Made by a program: the position numbers and the translations under genes. From assembly GCF_004010195.1 (NCBI RefSeq), contig NC_057718.1, positions 62,295,407 to 62,352,218 of the forward strand: a stretch of 56,812 nucleotides of DNA. The letters run 5' to 3'. The stretch is from Chiloscyllium plagiosum. Its lineage: Eukaryota. Shown in pieces: positions 11,201-26,200 of this stretch (its first letter is position 1; each line of letters begins with the position of its first letter). The notes below the pieces were generated by a model that was not told the origin of the DNA, ran no database searches, and was given only the letters and a program-made list of their open reading frames with translations.

Positions 11201-14200
11201 CCCTTTGCTTTGTTGTTGCACTGTCCCAGTGGGTAGCACTTATTAATTGGTCCTTTAACTGGTTAGATGGGTGATTTGGTGGTAGAATTTTTTTTTAAAA
11301 ATGTAGAGCTGGGTTCAGGTCCATTTTGGCACATCTCTAAATTTGGGTCAAAGGATCCCAGATCATGCCCCACCAATTCCAGAGGTGTGTCATAAAACAT
11401 CTGGACAGGTTGATTAAAAATATCTTTTTTTAAAAAAAAAAGAGGGCTGGGTTCATTCCCCTTCCCCCTTCTCTTGTCTTCCCATTTTTTTGATCTTGGA
11501 TATTGTTGCACTGGCTCTTCTTGATTATTTGGGTGAATTAGCAATGAGTATCAAAGAAGTTGGGTTCATTGGAGTTCTTGTGGCACCGTTGTAGTGTCCC
11601 TACTGTGAGCTGAAAGGCCTGAGTTTAACTCCCATCTGTTCCAGAGATGTGTCGTAACATGTGTGAACAGGTTGATTAAAAATAAAAATAAAAAAATGTT
11701 GGGTTCTTGTGTGGCCAGAAGGACCAGGCTCTAGTCCCACCTGTGCTGTTAAAGGATGCCAGTGTTATGCACAAAGAACGTGAAACCATTTTAGAATAGA
11801 TCACATTGTAGCATGCTATATGCATTCAATACTTAAAGACACCACCATGCCCAGTTGTATATGCTTGTTTTGCCCAGGCATTAAATTAAGTAGTAGGTAT
11901 GGACCTGAAGATGTGGGACAAAGATCAGAATATTTATCTATAATTTTGTAGAATATGGTGACCAGATTTAGCAAATTCACTGTAATAATAAGGATAGATG
12001 AATGATAATGGACAAAGTCATGGAAAAATTGTCTTGTGTCAGCAACAAAGTCTTAAAGGATAATGGAGGTAATGTGCGAGTGACAAGTTTGGGACATGCA
12101 TAAGAACTTAAACATTTCAGTAATGCATACCGCTACAGAGAACTCTGTTCAGCAATAGTTCATGTCAAAGAAGACTATGCAATAATTCATTAGATGTCGC
12201 GCAAAATACTGGCATATCAGCTGAACTGTAAATTATAAACTGCACTGGCATAGGCAGTAAATGAAAAAAAATTCTTTCAGATGCTTGGGAGGTACAGCCC
12301 AACCCAATCAAGATATGGTTGGAATTTAAAATTACCTTCAGTACTGCACAATAATATTCCAGCACTAGAAGGAATAACAATCAGCCTGAGTTTTATTTTA
12401 AACACGTTAGACACTGGTAGAAAAAAAACATTCATTAAAGCCGAGGCACCACATAAAGTTAGAGCTCTGAGATATTGCAGACAGTCCAGGGAGATTTCAG
12501 ATCTAGTGACACGGTTTATTACAAGATAGAACACAGGGAGTGGAAAGGGCCAGGAAACGTTAATGACATGATGGGAAAGCTTTCATAACATGGGAATCAG
12601 ATTATAAAGCTGTGTTCCTCACAGGTAGTGGGGCTGAGGTGTGAATTTTCAAATTCAGAATGTGGGAGAAGGGGTTGCTAATGAAGCACCATGTAATTTG
12701 CATAGCCATGAGTTCTACAAATTGGAAACAGAGAGGAAGACTTAAGAGGTAAAAACAATGACTGCAGATGCTGGAAACCAGGTGCTGGAAGAGCACAGCA
12801 GTTCAGGCAGCATCCAAGAGACTTAAGAGCTTGGGAAATATTATAGCCTGATTGTGAAGAACATGAGAAAATATCTTTTTGGGATCATTTGCCGAAATAC
12901 GTTCATGAATATCAGCCAGCAGAGTCAGATGACTGGGCAGTGGCCACAATAGTGGGATATGCAGACAAGCCTAAAGGAAAATGCAAGAACTTCTAAATGT
13001 CCAAGATTAGCAACAAGTAGTAAGGGCCATTGATAGGCAAAAGGATTTACAAGACTGGAGGAGCAGAAAATGCATTTATAGTACTGATTCAGGAAGTACA
13101 ATTAAGAGGAAAAGGTCAAGTACAGCTGAGAAGATTTCTAGTAAACATGCTGATGGGAGAAATGCAGAGAGATCTCAACATGAGAAAACAGTCCACAGTC
13201 TGACAAGGAAACTGGGTAGCAAGGATAATGGAGAGCCTTCCTGGACAGATAAAAGCAGAAGTCCCAATGATTAAGAAGTGTTTATGGCTACTAGTAGAAT
13301 GGAAAGAATCGGGTGACTAAATAAGGCTAAACTAAACGGATGGAATTTTACATCTGGAAGTTGACAGTAGTGGTCGACCTGTTTTGTCTCACTGGTGGAT
13401 CTCTTCTATACAGAATCTCACCATGGCAGATGGTAACGTCTGAATTCAATAAAAATTTGGATTAAAAGCCAGCCTCAAAGGGACCACGTCAACTGGCATA
13501 AAACCCAACTGTTTACATTATGAAAGGAAATCTGTTATTCTTACCTGGAATGGCATACGTGTGACTCCAGACCCACAACAATATGGTTGACCCTTAACTA
13601 CTCTCTTTGCAATTAGGGACAGGCAATAAATGATGACCTATCCAGTCATACCTATATCCTATGAACGAATATATTTGAAAGAAAATTGTCTGGGGGCACA
13701 GCAACAGCAATTTAAATGCTATGGTAGGCCAATTTTCTCAAGTTAAAACTGGTTAGCAGCACTGAAATGAGTACATATGTCCGATGACGCCAGTATAGTA
13801 TTTTAAACACTGATTTGCAAAAGTCAACCAGAACAGGGAATTTAAAAATTAATTGTTATAATGTCTTACCTGCCACATAGATTGAATCGTGAGTGCACTG
13901 AATTTCCTGAATAACACAGGAGCTTTTAGGTCGTTCAAGCTGATGAGGAAACTGTCTGTCAAAGATCAAAGCACAATGAATGCGAGATTTAAAAGACGCA
14001 TCAATATTTCATTAGAACACATACATTATAATTCACATCTATAAATTACTTTTAAAAACAATTTCAACTATCAGATCTCACCCATAAAATGCATCTTTTC
14101 TTCACATCTAATTCTGACCTCTTGAGCAACCTTGATTTTAATCACTTCATGACTGGTGACCGTGCTTTCAGTGCCTAAGCTCTAGAATTTCCTCCTGTCC

Positions 14201-17200
14201 TCTGCATGTCACTTTCCTCCTGTAAGACATTCCTTAAAATCTCTTCCTGATCAAGCCGTTGATTATCTGATTTAATATCTTTTAATGTGGCTCAGTATCA
14301 TGTTTTGTTTAATAATGCTGAGAAGCACATTGGGTTGTTTTCACTACATTAAAAGCGTGAGATACAAGCTATTGCTGACAGTGTGTCTTGGAGGAGGGAC
14401 TTGAAACTAGAACCGTATGACTCAGAAGCAAAAGATGCTACCATCTGATGATACCAACTTAGACAAGGGAGCCTTCGAAACGTCCACCTGCTTCCTCAAC
14501 AGAGGATTCCCCAACACCGTAATTGACAGGGCCCTTAGCCAAATCTAACCGATCTCACAAACTTCAGCCCTCACTCCCTCTCCTCCCTCCCACAACAGTG
14601 ATAGGGTCCCTCTTGTCCTCAACTACCATCCACATCCATAGTATAAATAGCCGCCATTTCTGTCATCTCCAGTGAGATGCCACCACCAGATATATATTCT
14701 CCTCTCCTTCAGCTTTCTGCAGGGACTGTTCCCTCCAAGATACCCTGGTCCACTTCTCTTGCACTTCTAGCACAGGCCCACGGCACCTTCCCCCTGCAAT
14801 TAGTGTGTAACACCTGCCTGCTTACTTCCTCCCTCCTCAGTAGCCAAGAACTCACACATACCTTCCAGGTGAAGCAGCGCTTTACCTGCGCTTCACTCAA
14901 TCTAGTCTACTACACACTGCTCACAATGTGATCTCCTCTACATTGGGGAAATGAAGTATAGATTGGGTGATTGCTTTGCAGAACATCTATGTCCTATCTG
15001 CAGAAAAAAAAAGACCCTGAGTTTCACCTCCACTTCAACACACCATCATGTTCCAAGGCCGACATCTGTGTCTCAGGCTTACTGCAGTGCTTTAGTAAAG
15101 GTCAGCGCAAGCAGGAAGAACAGTATCTCACTTTCCATTTGGGAACTCTATAGCCTTCTGGAATCAAGACTGAGTCCAACAATGTTAAGGCTGAAAGCAC
15201 CTTCTCCCATGTCCTTACCCCAACTCCCACGCCTTGTCATCTCTTGACTGCTACCACACACAACACATTGTTGCCTACTAATAGTCCCCATTTGCAGTTA
15301 ATCATTCACCTAGGCTGATCTTTGTCTGACTTACCGTTGTTCTCTCTCTTTGGCTCTGTCTCTACCTGCTGTGTACTGCCCCCTACTCCCCACCCCATCT
15401 TCTGCATAAATACCAACCTTTTCCTGGTTCTGAAGAAGGGTTGCTAACTCTGAAACATTAACTCTGATTTCTCTCCACAGATGCTACCACACCTGCTCAG
15501 GTTTCCAGCAATTTTTGATTTTGTTTCAGTTCATCCAAGACTCAATGCCAGATAAAGCAGCTGAATGAACAGAATAATAACACAGTGACTCTGACCAAGT
15601 CCTGCATGTATACAGCAGGAAATGGGTTGCAACCCCGTAGAAGGCTATTGATGAAATTCTTATGACCTTTTATTGAACTTCACTTCTGCAATTTTGATTT
15701 CTAGCCCATCATTAATTTCAAGCCCGTAATCTATTTCATAGACCTTGTGCTCCAAATTTTGATTCCATCAATTAGAATTCTACATCATTCAAATTATTTG
15801 TGCTTGTATGTGTACTTTTCCTTGTGTCTGGGGTTTTCCTCAGAATATAACCCAATATACATCATGAACTTATCTCTGTAACAATTATGTACAGAAACTG
15901 TCCATTTACTAAGAAATACATAAAGTACGTTTGGGGGAAAAGAAACTAATCTGCACTCACTGAAGGAAGTCACCATCTTTTATCTTCTCCAAAGCTTTCA
16001 CCACTGCCATTCTAGTGAATATGGACTGAAAAGAGAAACATCCGTTATAATTGGTTCTTAGAACTGTAGGTGTGTGTCCAGGATGTGGCAAGATTCATTA
16101 CATCATATGTTCACTTTACAGCAGAACATTACTAACAAATCAAATTACTTAGCAATCAAGTCCAATTTACGTTTAGCCTCTAATCCACAGAAATAATTTG
16201 TTTGGACTTTCAGGCAATCTCTGTGGCATTCTTAATATACTGCATCACACAAGGTTCCACTACAACCTCCAAAGAGAGACTGTTCCCACAGGGAGCATAA
16301 TTCCTACATCATGAGCATGCATGTACCATACACATTTGTAACACCAACAAATTTTCTACTTCACTGCATACGATTCACACAAATGGAGCTGAAAGTTGAA
16401 AAGATCAAGAAGTAGAGGTCAGGTATATTTTAATAACCAGCATCCTCTTCTCCTTCTTTCCAGTTTCACTCTCCCTTTATCCCAACCTCAACTCCAGAAT
16501 CAATTCATCCATCACTGCTGGCCTACCGTCTGATCTGTTTTTTCCACCCTGTTGATTTGTGATACATACACTACCAAATCACTGAAATCACCCATTTTCT
16601 AAACTTAATCTTTTGCCTGAGAGTCCTCTTTTTCTTTACCTAGTTTTGAAAAATAATGGAAAAAAAAAGTAAGTTCCAGAACTGGGCACACAAAATAAAT
16701 TTCTAATGTGACCACTACTTGAACCCCACTGCAATAAAATGGAATTCACCTTCCAAACGATCTCTCACTGTAGATGAGCTCCACCGGTAAAATGCCATTT
16801 GGGAGCTCATCTTAGAGTCATAGAGATGTACTGCACGGAACCAGACCTTCGGTCCAACTTGTCCATGCTGAGCAGAGATCCTAAATTAATCTAGTCCCAC
16901 TTGCCAGCACTTGGCCCAAGTACCTCTAAATGCTTCTATTCATATACCCATTCAGATGCCTTTTAAATGTTGTAATTGTACCAGCCTCCACCACTTCCTC
17001 TGGTAGCTCATTCCATACACACACCACCCTCTCAGTGAAAAAGTTGTCCCTTAGGTCTCTTTTATATCTTTTTCATCTCACCCTAAATGTAGGCTCTCTA
17101 GCTCTGGAACCCCCCTCCAACCCAGGCGAAAAAATCCTTGTCTATATACCCTATTCATGCCACTCATGATTTTGTAAACCTCTAGAAGGTCACCCCTCAG

Positions 17201-20200
17201 CCCTCGACACTCCAGGGAAAACACCCCCAGCCTATTCAGCCTCTCCCTATGGCTCAAACCCTCCAATCCCAGCAACATCCTTGTAAATCTGCCCTGAACC
17301 CTTTCAAAGTTTCACAACATCCTTCCAAGAGGAGGGAGACTAGAACTGCACACAATATTCCTCCCACAGAATACACAATGTTTTCATATCTTTCTCAGCT
17401 TGTTACTCCAAGCCAAAATAATTCTTTCTGGAATTGTCTCACCCATTGTTCATCACTAAAACTGACCATTTCCACTCTGTAACTTTGCCGAACTCAATCC
17501 ATCATCGTTCAACTGCTACAGAAAACTTCTCCATGCTTTTGTCACTTCTAGGCTTGACCATTTGGATGTGCCCAAGACTAGTCATCCATTTTCCATCCTC
17601 CATAAATCTGTGCCCATTCCAAATTTTGTGACCCTTAGCCTAACTTGCAAGAAAGTCATTATTCTGGTGACTGCTGACCTACACTGGCTCCTTGCAAGGC
17701 AATTTCTTAATTTTAGCATTCTCATCCATACCTTCAAAGCCCAACCATAACTAAGTAACCTCCTCAGCCTCAAAAACCTCTACATTCCTCTAATTTTGAT
17801 ATTTTGAGCATCAAGGTTTTTTAAATCACTCCAGCAGTGACAGCAGTCCCTGGACCTGGACCATAAGCTTTGGAGAATCCTTCCTCAAACTCTCCCTTTT
17901 CTCTTCTCTCTCTTCCACTGTGGAGCTCTGTAATATCTATTTCTCACCTATTCTAAAGTCTCCTTTTCACACGTAATGTCAACTTTTGTTCAATAACCTC
18001 CTCTGAAATCTTGAGATGTTTTATCGCCTTAAAAATGCAAAGTTGTCTTTCACCCAAGACATGTTATTTTCAGAAAACTTCAACACAGCAAGTTGAACAT
18101 CACTAATAAAGTGACTAAAATTACTCACTCAAATAATGCAATAGCTTCAAATCAATTGGAGTCCAAACAAAATTTCATTGCAATCAGTTAGCCTCGACAC
18201 ATTCCGACATCTTCTCACTCCACTAGCCTGTTGCAACAATGTTAGGGATCCACGCTGAAACAAATCTCCTTTCTCTTAGATGTGCAGATTAAATTAATTT
18301 ACATTCCGAGTTCTTCTTTGTTACTTCAAACTTCCTATTCTTGCCTTTCCTGTTTACCTCTTGAATTATCAAGTTTCGCTACAATGGACAAATAGTAAAA
18401 GCTCATTGAGGAACGGCTTTACATAATCCAAACAAAATGAAACTGAATTAAAAATTCTGAATTCCAGGATTGGTTGCAAATAAAGATTTAAAGAGTAATG
18501 CTAGATTTTGTTTTAACTTGTCTGAATCTATACCAAATCCTCCTGATTAATGTCAATTAGTCATAGAATGGGCAGTACAGTGACTCAGTGGTTAGCACTG
18601 TTGCCTCATAGCACCAGGGACCCGGATTCAATTCTACCTTTGGATGACCGTCTCTGTGGAGTTTGCACACTCTCCCAGTGTCTGTGTGGGTATCCACTGG
18701 GTGCTTTAGTTTCCTTCCACAGTCCAAAGATGTTCAGTTGAGGTGGATTGGCCATGTTAAATTGCCCATAGTGTTAAGGATGTATAGGTTAAGTGGATTG
18801 GCCACAGGAAATGCAGGGTTACAGGGTTTGGATGGGGGACAGGATGCTCTTCAGAGGGTCGGCATTGACACAGTGGGCCAAATGGCCTGCTTTCACACTG
18901 TAGGGATTCTATTAATTATCTTCAGTTACAATGTTCTTCCCCCAGAACAAGCAGGGCAGCTATTTCCAAAAACACTATACCCACAAAAACAAGGGATCTC
19001 GAGGATTACATTTTGATTTTCTGGGCTATATTTTCATTCTCTCTAACCTGATTAATTAGGTGACAGAGTCACATTGTTACATCACCTTCTCTATTTACAT
19101 ATAGGATACTTGGACCTACGGACCTACAAAAAACTGAATCATCAATATCCTCAATAACTATTGACTTCATTAAACTTGAAGTCACAAGTCATTAACAAAG
19201 TGCTAATTTCTTAAACACCACAGTATTTAATTTGGTACAAAACAACAGGCATAAGTCAACAAAAGTTGAGCATAAAATCACTGACACGTACTTCTGCACA
19301 CATACAGCTATCAGCCTAAACACATCTTCCACATATTGATAGGATCATAGCTACTGTGTTTCCATTGCATTTCACAAAGCTGGAATATTTCAGGCAGTTA
19401 CTTCCTTTTATACTGCATCTCACATCTCAATCTCAGATTTAAAGTTAACATCTGAAACAGTGTTCGCCTCAACAGCATCCACTACATTTTCTCCTTAAAG
19501 CTCTTAAATGTACGCAGCCATTAGTTGGATGCACCACATTCACTTGCAAGTAATCCATTACCGCAGTGTTTCCATGTCTTTCTAGCTCCTACTTAGCAGA
19601 CTCCTACTTTGTTAACAGTTATGAAACTGTTCTCCCTTTGATACCTTCCACTCCCTTCCAACCCACCTTGCTGTCTCCCTGCTCCCTCCAAGTCCCCTTG
19701 CAGCCTCCTCCTTCCTCCAATATCTGTGGCCCTGCAGGCAGATGCCCGTTTTGGTGTCTACTGGTCCCTACTCCTGCAGGGAGTCATCCCTGCTCCCAGA
19801 TCTTGGCTTTTGGCCTTGTACTTCTGGCCCTCATTCCCCCACGGATCTCACATTGCCTATACTTCCTTACCTAGCTGCTTGCAGGTTGGCCAGTGGTTGT
19901 TTCTCTACTATGTTTGCTGTGGATGAATGGGAACAGTTCCTCACCCTTTCCCTCCACTCTGTTTACAAAACCAGTTTCCCATGATCAGTCAATCCTGTGA
20001 CTGAATTTGCCTCGGCCATTTGGTGCTTCCAAGGGTTGATTCACCTGCTGCTCTGTGTATTTTGAACGTTGACTAGGATGCTATCTAAACAAAAGTATAA
20101 CTTACAAAAATCTCTGAAATTAATTTAGGCCAAACATTAAAAATAGCTATACAAAATACCTGCTTGCTTTTTGTTGGTCTAAAGCACTCTCGACATGCAG

Positions 20201-23200
20201 TGGCCCTAGATTAATAATAAATATCACAATTATGAAAATTCTAACAAGAGCATAACTTTAAAGCTTGGATTTATCATTTCTTCTCTGCAATACTCAAGGC
20301 AGCATTATATTTAAAATACTGAATTCTAGTCACACAATCTGAAATGTTCAAGATCAGCAGAATTTTGATTTCAAAAAGGACTTTCCAGTTTCCAGTTTTC
20401 TTTTATCTCAAGTTATTCAAATTTCAAACAAGCATGGGTTTGCTGGACATGATTCATTCTGCAGACTGGAGAAGTACAATGGATCACTTCCTTATCCACA
20501 GTTAATTATAGCTAAGGAAAACGTAGTACAGAGGATATTTAGGGAAGTGTTATCTAGAGTTATTGATATGCAAGTACACACACCAATAATTGTTGCAGCT
20601 CATTTACGCCAATGCCCCTTACATTTTTATTCCCCATTGTGCACAGCCTTTCATTTGGATGTGGAGTCCCTTAAATCTTTTTCCATGGCCATGCACATTT
20701 CCCACTCCATTCACAGGGTTTCCAATTTTCACTCGGGCCTTTTAGGAGTATGGAGCTGGTTCAGGTTTCAAACCTGCACCCTATAGTTCAAGCTGGCCAG
20801 TTCCACCGTGGCAATAGATGTGTCTACTCCTCTGCAATTTTCATAGAGATGGATCACATTTTTAAAGGGTTGTAGTTTACAGTACAAACAGAGATGTCAT
20901 GAACCATAATCTGCATGAGGAACCATTTTGAAAGTAAATTTGAGAGGTCCTCCTCACGTCCACTACACTAAGGTATACCCCTCCTTCCACCTATTGTCCA
21001 TCTTGACACCTATGTCAAGTTCTGAAGATTGTTAGGGATAAATAATAAGTTATAGCATACCAGGGAATATCCATGTTCTAGTAGCCTGTGTTTTCAGGGA
21101 TTGAAATCCAAATGCTTGACACTTTTATTGGGTTGCAGAGAGGATTGGGAGATAGAGGGAGGCTACAAGGGCAGGAAAGGATCTTTACTTTTTAAAAAAA
21201 AAGTAGTACTTTTAAGAGTGTAAAGGTTATGAATGAATTTGTCTATAATTTTGTAAACATATCTACTTGGGGTGGCACAGTGGTTCAGTGTTAGCAACAC
21301 TGCCTCACAGCGCCAGGGATCCAGGTTCGATTCCAGCCTTTGATAAGGTTCTGCATGGTAGACTATTTAGTAATGTTAGATCACATGGGATTCAGAGTGA
21401 GCTGGTTAACTGGATACAAAATTGGCTTGACGGTAGGAGACAGATGGTCGTGGTGGAGGGTTACTTCTTGGATGGGTGCCTATGACCAGCGGTGTTCCGC
21501 AGGAATCAGTACTGGGTTTACTTTTATTTGTCATTTATATAAATGACTTGAATGAGAATATAGGAGGTATGGTTAGTAAGTTGGTGGTTGACACCAACAT
21601 TTTTGACATAGTAAATAGTGAGGAAGGTTATCTAAGATTACAAAGAGATCTTGATCAATTGGGGTAATGTGCTGAGGAGTACCAGATAGAGTTTAATTCG
21701 GATAAATGCGAGGTATTGCATTTTGGTGAAACAAGCAAGAGCAGGGCTTATACAATTAATGGTGGGGTCTTGTTGGTATCATAGAACAGAGAGATCTAGG
21801 GGACCAGGTACATAAATTTTTGAAATTTGTGTCACAGGTAGACAGAGTGGTTAAGAAGGCATTTAGGACGTTTGCCTCCATTGCTTAGACCTTTAAGTAC
21901 AGGAGTTGGGATGTCATGTTGAGATTGCACAGGATGTTGGTGTAGCTTCTTCTGTAACACTGTGTAGTTCTGGTCACCCAGCTATAGGAAAAATATTATT
22001 TAATTGAAGAGGGTTCAGAAAAGATTTAAGAGGTTGCTGCCTGGAATGGAGGCTTTGAGTTATGAAAATAGGTTGGATATGTTGGGACATTTTTCACTGG
22101 AGGGTAGGAAGTTGAGGGATGACCTTATATAGGTTTATAAAATTATGAGGGGCATAGATAAGGTGAATAGTAAGGGTCTTTTCCTGAGCATGGGAGAAAC
22201 CAAGGGGCATATTTTTAAAACAAGAGGAGAAAGTTTTTTAAAAAAAAGAGGACATGAAGGACAACTTTTTTTACACAGACAGTGGTTTATATGTGGTATG
22301 AACTGCCAGAGGAAGTGATGGATGCAGGTACAGTTACAACATTTAAAAGGCATTTAAGTACATGAATAGGAAAGGTTTGGAGAAATATAGGCCAAGCGCA
22401 GGCAGGTGGGATTAGTTTAGTTTGAAAAAAATGGTCAGCGTGGACTAGTTGAACTGAAGGGATCATTTCTATGCAGTATAACTCTATGATTCTATTGATC
22501 CAATTAAGTTAGAGAGAGAGAAGAATCATTGACAAAGTAGCAAAATTAAGAAGGCAATTCTCCAAGTCCAAATTGTTTGAACTCAGGTACACTCATGCAA
22601 ACCATGGAACTGGTAGCAGACACATTATTTTATACGTACATGTGATCTATAGAAGGAGGACTAGTGTTAGAGAAAAAAAGTTGGCAAATGTTATTTTCAT
22701 GTACAAAATGGGAAATAGAACAAAACTTGTCAACTGTAAATTAAACAACTTAACATAAGTGATGGGAAAAACTAGAAGCTAATATAAGCGTGCACATAAA
22801 AATCAGAGAAAAGAGTAAGAAATAATCAGCATGGGCTCCAAAAGGTTAAGAATTCTTTAAAGGATAACAGGAAGTATATAAAAGGAGAACATAGGAAATG
22901 CCATATACTTCGATTCTGAAACCCTGTTTGATAAAATGCCACACAGCAAATTCATGTCAAAAGGTTAGGACATGTAGAATTGAAGACAAGTACAACTGGC
23001 TAACAAAAGGAAGTGGAAATCAGGACAAAATAGTAATCATTCAGATTGGAGGAAGTTAGAAAGCAGTGTTTTACAAGTGGTGCTCAGAATATTCTTGTTC
23101 ATAATTTAAGATAATGATTTGAGTTGTGGGTTGTGACTGCACAAACCCATCTAACATTGGAGACATTGGGCTAAAAACATATCCATTACAGTATATTTTC

Positions 23201-26200
23201 ATAAACGACTTTATTTTTGTCAAGAATGAAAATTGATACAACGAAAAAGTGAAAATCACGTTCGTTTGACAATTCTAGAAACTGTACTGTTACTGTACTG
23301 ATAACAAAAGAAAACATAATTTATTCATACACATTTCACAAGTGATAATTTGCTATTGGCACTAAGTAAGTTGTATGTAAATAAACTATTAAAATATATT
23401 AGTATTCAGCAAATAGGAGAATAATAAATCGGATAACTTACAAAAAGTGGCAATCCCCGTCTGTTTCAGGGTGTGCGAAAACCACACTTAGTTCAAATAC
23501 GCTCTAGTATTGAAACAAAGGCAGTTTATCCTCCAGTAAATAAACTAATATGGCAATCTTTGTAGGTTAGCTAAAAGTTTCTGCCTGACGAATTCAAGAA
23601 AGTAACCAAATACTATAACTATTTATCAAAAAACAAAACCAGCTTACTTCCAATTGAAAAGGATATAATACAAAGTAGTCATGTGTATTCCATCCATTTT
23701 TCCTTCAAAATATAGGTGATTCTGAAATATTCTTACGTCAATAAGATTTTATTGCTTAAAAAGACGACCAATTTAGCATTTCAGTAATTCTAATAAAATA
23801 ATTCTAAAAATAAATCCTACTAATACATTGCACTACACGTTCACATTCTAACATTTTGAACTTTGAAATTGCAATAAAAATAAACATTGCCTAAGATCAT
23901 CTTGAAACTCTGGATCAAATGCTGTACCTTCCCATCCACAGGCACCCCCAGTTCCTCAGAAAGCAGAGGATGAGTTATCCACTTGTAGACTTCTTTAAGT
24001 TGTAAAATATCATCCTTTTTTAAAATGTTCCCTTGTTGTCTGTTAAACAGAAAGAGTTTGATACTTGAAAATCTCCTCCCAGTCTTGCATTATGCAGTGA
24101 ATGTAAATGACCAGAATAGCATTAGAACTTGGAAAACTGGAATTATATGGCTTCAGAATACAACAACATTAAATATTATTAGTAAAAGAAATTGTGTAAA
24201 TGTCTTAGGCATAAACTGGAGATTAAAACTAAAGAAAAAATAAATTGCCAGTCTTTACAACATGCAGTAAGCTTGGACTTAAATTTCCACCTCATAACCA
24301 AAGAGGAGCTAATGTACTACTTCGACTCAGAAACATTCCAGGTTATAGAGAAAACTACAGCTGGAACTGTTAAAACTGTAGTACTCTCAAGATTTTGTAT
24401 ACAAGCATTCCTGTTACACAAAAACCTTGACAAATAATGATGTATTGTAACACTTTCAATGTCAAAATTACAATGAAAGCTATGCATATTAAATATTCTA
24501 TCCCTTTCATATGCATAAATTAGACAGTTTTAAAATCAAGTTACAAAGTATTACATGAAAAGAAATTCCCTGGGCTATTTTCACATCTCATTCTACAAAC
24601 TGGATATGGAAACCACTCTTACTGCTCAAATGAACAATTTAGTTCAAACTTTCAAAAATATAACTAAAGGAAAGCAAAAGTTGGAATCTCAGTTCTGAAG
24701 AAAGGTTACTGGACCGAAATGTTAACTCTGCTCTCTCACAACAAATGCTGCTAGTTTTCTGAGTTTCTCCACCAATTTCTGTTTTTGCTGCTATTGTTGT
24801 AATCTCACGGTTCAGACAGTTATCCAATTAAGTTTTGCTCTTACTCTGATGTTGTTTTCATTGTGCAAAAAGTGTGAAAGAAATGGTTTGCAATGTTGAA
24901 ATGGAGCGAAAATGGAAAACAAAATACAAATTACTCTGTACATCTCTATGACTCTAATTGTCTTCACATTCTCCAAAAAAGGAAACAGGCTACAGGCACC
25001 CCAGTAATGCAATTAACTTTTTAAACAATTATTTCAGTATGAACAAAGTTAGATGTGTACCTGGTTGTAAACAGATCTGAGGATTATAAAAAGTTTCCTT
25101 TGAAATGTGTTAGTAAGTAATGTACATTTATTATGTTATATGGTTTGATAGAGGTTTTAGAGATTTACTGAAAACATTGGGGTGAACCTTTTCTGGAGGT
25201 TGTATGCAAAGACTAGAGGTCGACTGAGATAGAACTGAATAAACTGAAGAGTAGCACTTCAACATTGGCATCTGTTTAGTTCAGGTTTTGACAGCTGAAC
25301 ATTATTCACAGAACTAAATCCAGCTCCTTTACTCTAACAGCAGGACCATTGATTGAGTATCTCCTTGGTTTTATATCCTGCTGATGGGATAAAATAAGAA
25401 ATTTTGTCAACAGTTTAGGTATAGACACAATAAAAATTAAACAAATACCAGTGAAAACAAATGGGCCTTTTAAACTAACTAACTTTTACTTGTTCCACAT
25501 TTTCTCACTTGATGATTCACTGTCCTGTAATTCCTCGATTTGTTTTGAGTCAGCTTGTTTCTCCATTTCCTTTCAAAAGCCCCAGCTCATAGCTGAAACT
25601 AATCTTTGTGGAATCAAGGTAAAGAGTCATGATCTCTTCACAAGACTGCATCATACATGTTTGTTATTGAAAGAGGGAACCAGATTTCCAGTTCTTGAAA
25701 TTTTATATGTGTCACACCTGACTTCAAACTGCTGTTGAGGAGAATGGTCCAGCTAATGTCAGACTTCAGGGACAATCCATTCCTGAATTCACATTAAAAA
25801 GTGACATGATTTTGTCAAATTACCATTAGTAAGATACTAATAGTTCAACACGTTAAAATGAAAAACTCATTCTTCAAAATTTGTTCCCATCTCCAAAATG
25901 GACAGTAGTTGTCAAGGATAAATGGTACTAAAATCATTTTAACTTTACATTTTTTGAAGAAGGAAGTACTTAGAATAGGATAAATCAGATATATAGGAAC
26001 TTTTTTTAAACCAAAAAAAAGGTACATAGAAACACAGGCAATAGGAGCACGAGGCGGCCATTCGGCCCATCAAGCCTGTTCCGCCATTCATCATGATCAT
26101 GGCTGATCGTCCAACTCAATAACCAAATCCTGCTTTCTCCCCATAACCTTTGATCCTATTTGCCCTATGTACTTTAACTAGCTGCCTCTTGAATGCATTC

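Noticed and set aside
25230..25385. Two hairpins as an intronic H/ACA snoRNA or miRNA
   Set aside because: The stems are short (8 bp CAGCAGGA/TCCTGCTG), the hinge is long, and there are no convincing H/ACA boxes on the host strand.
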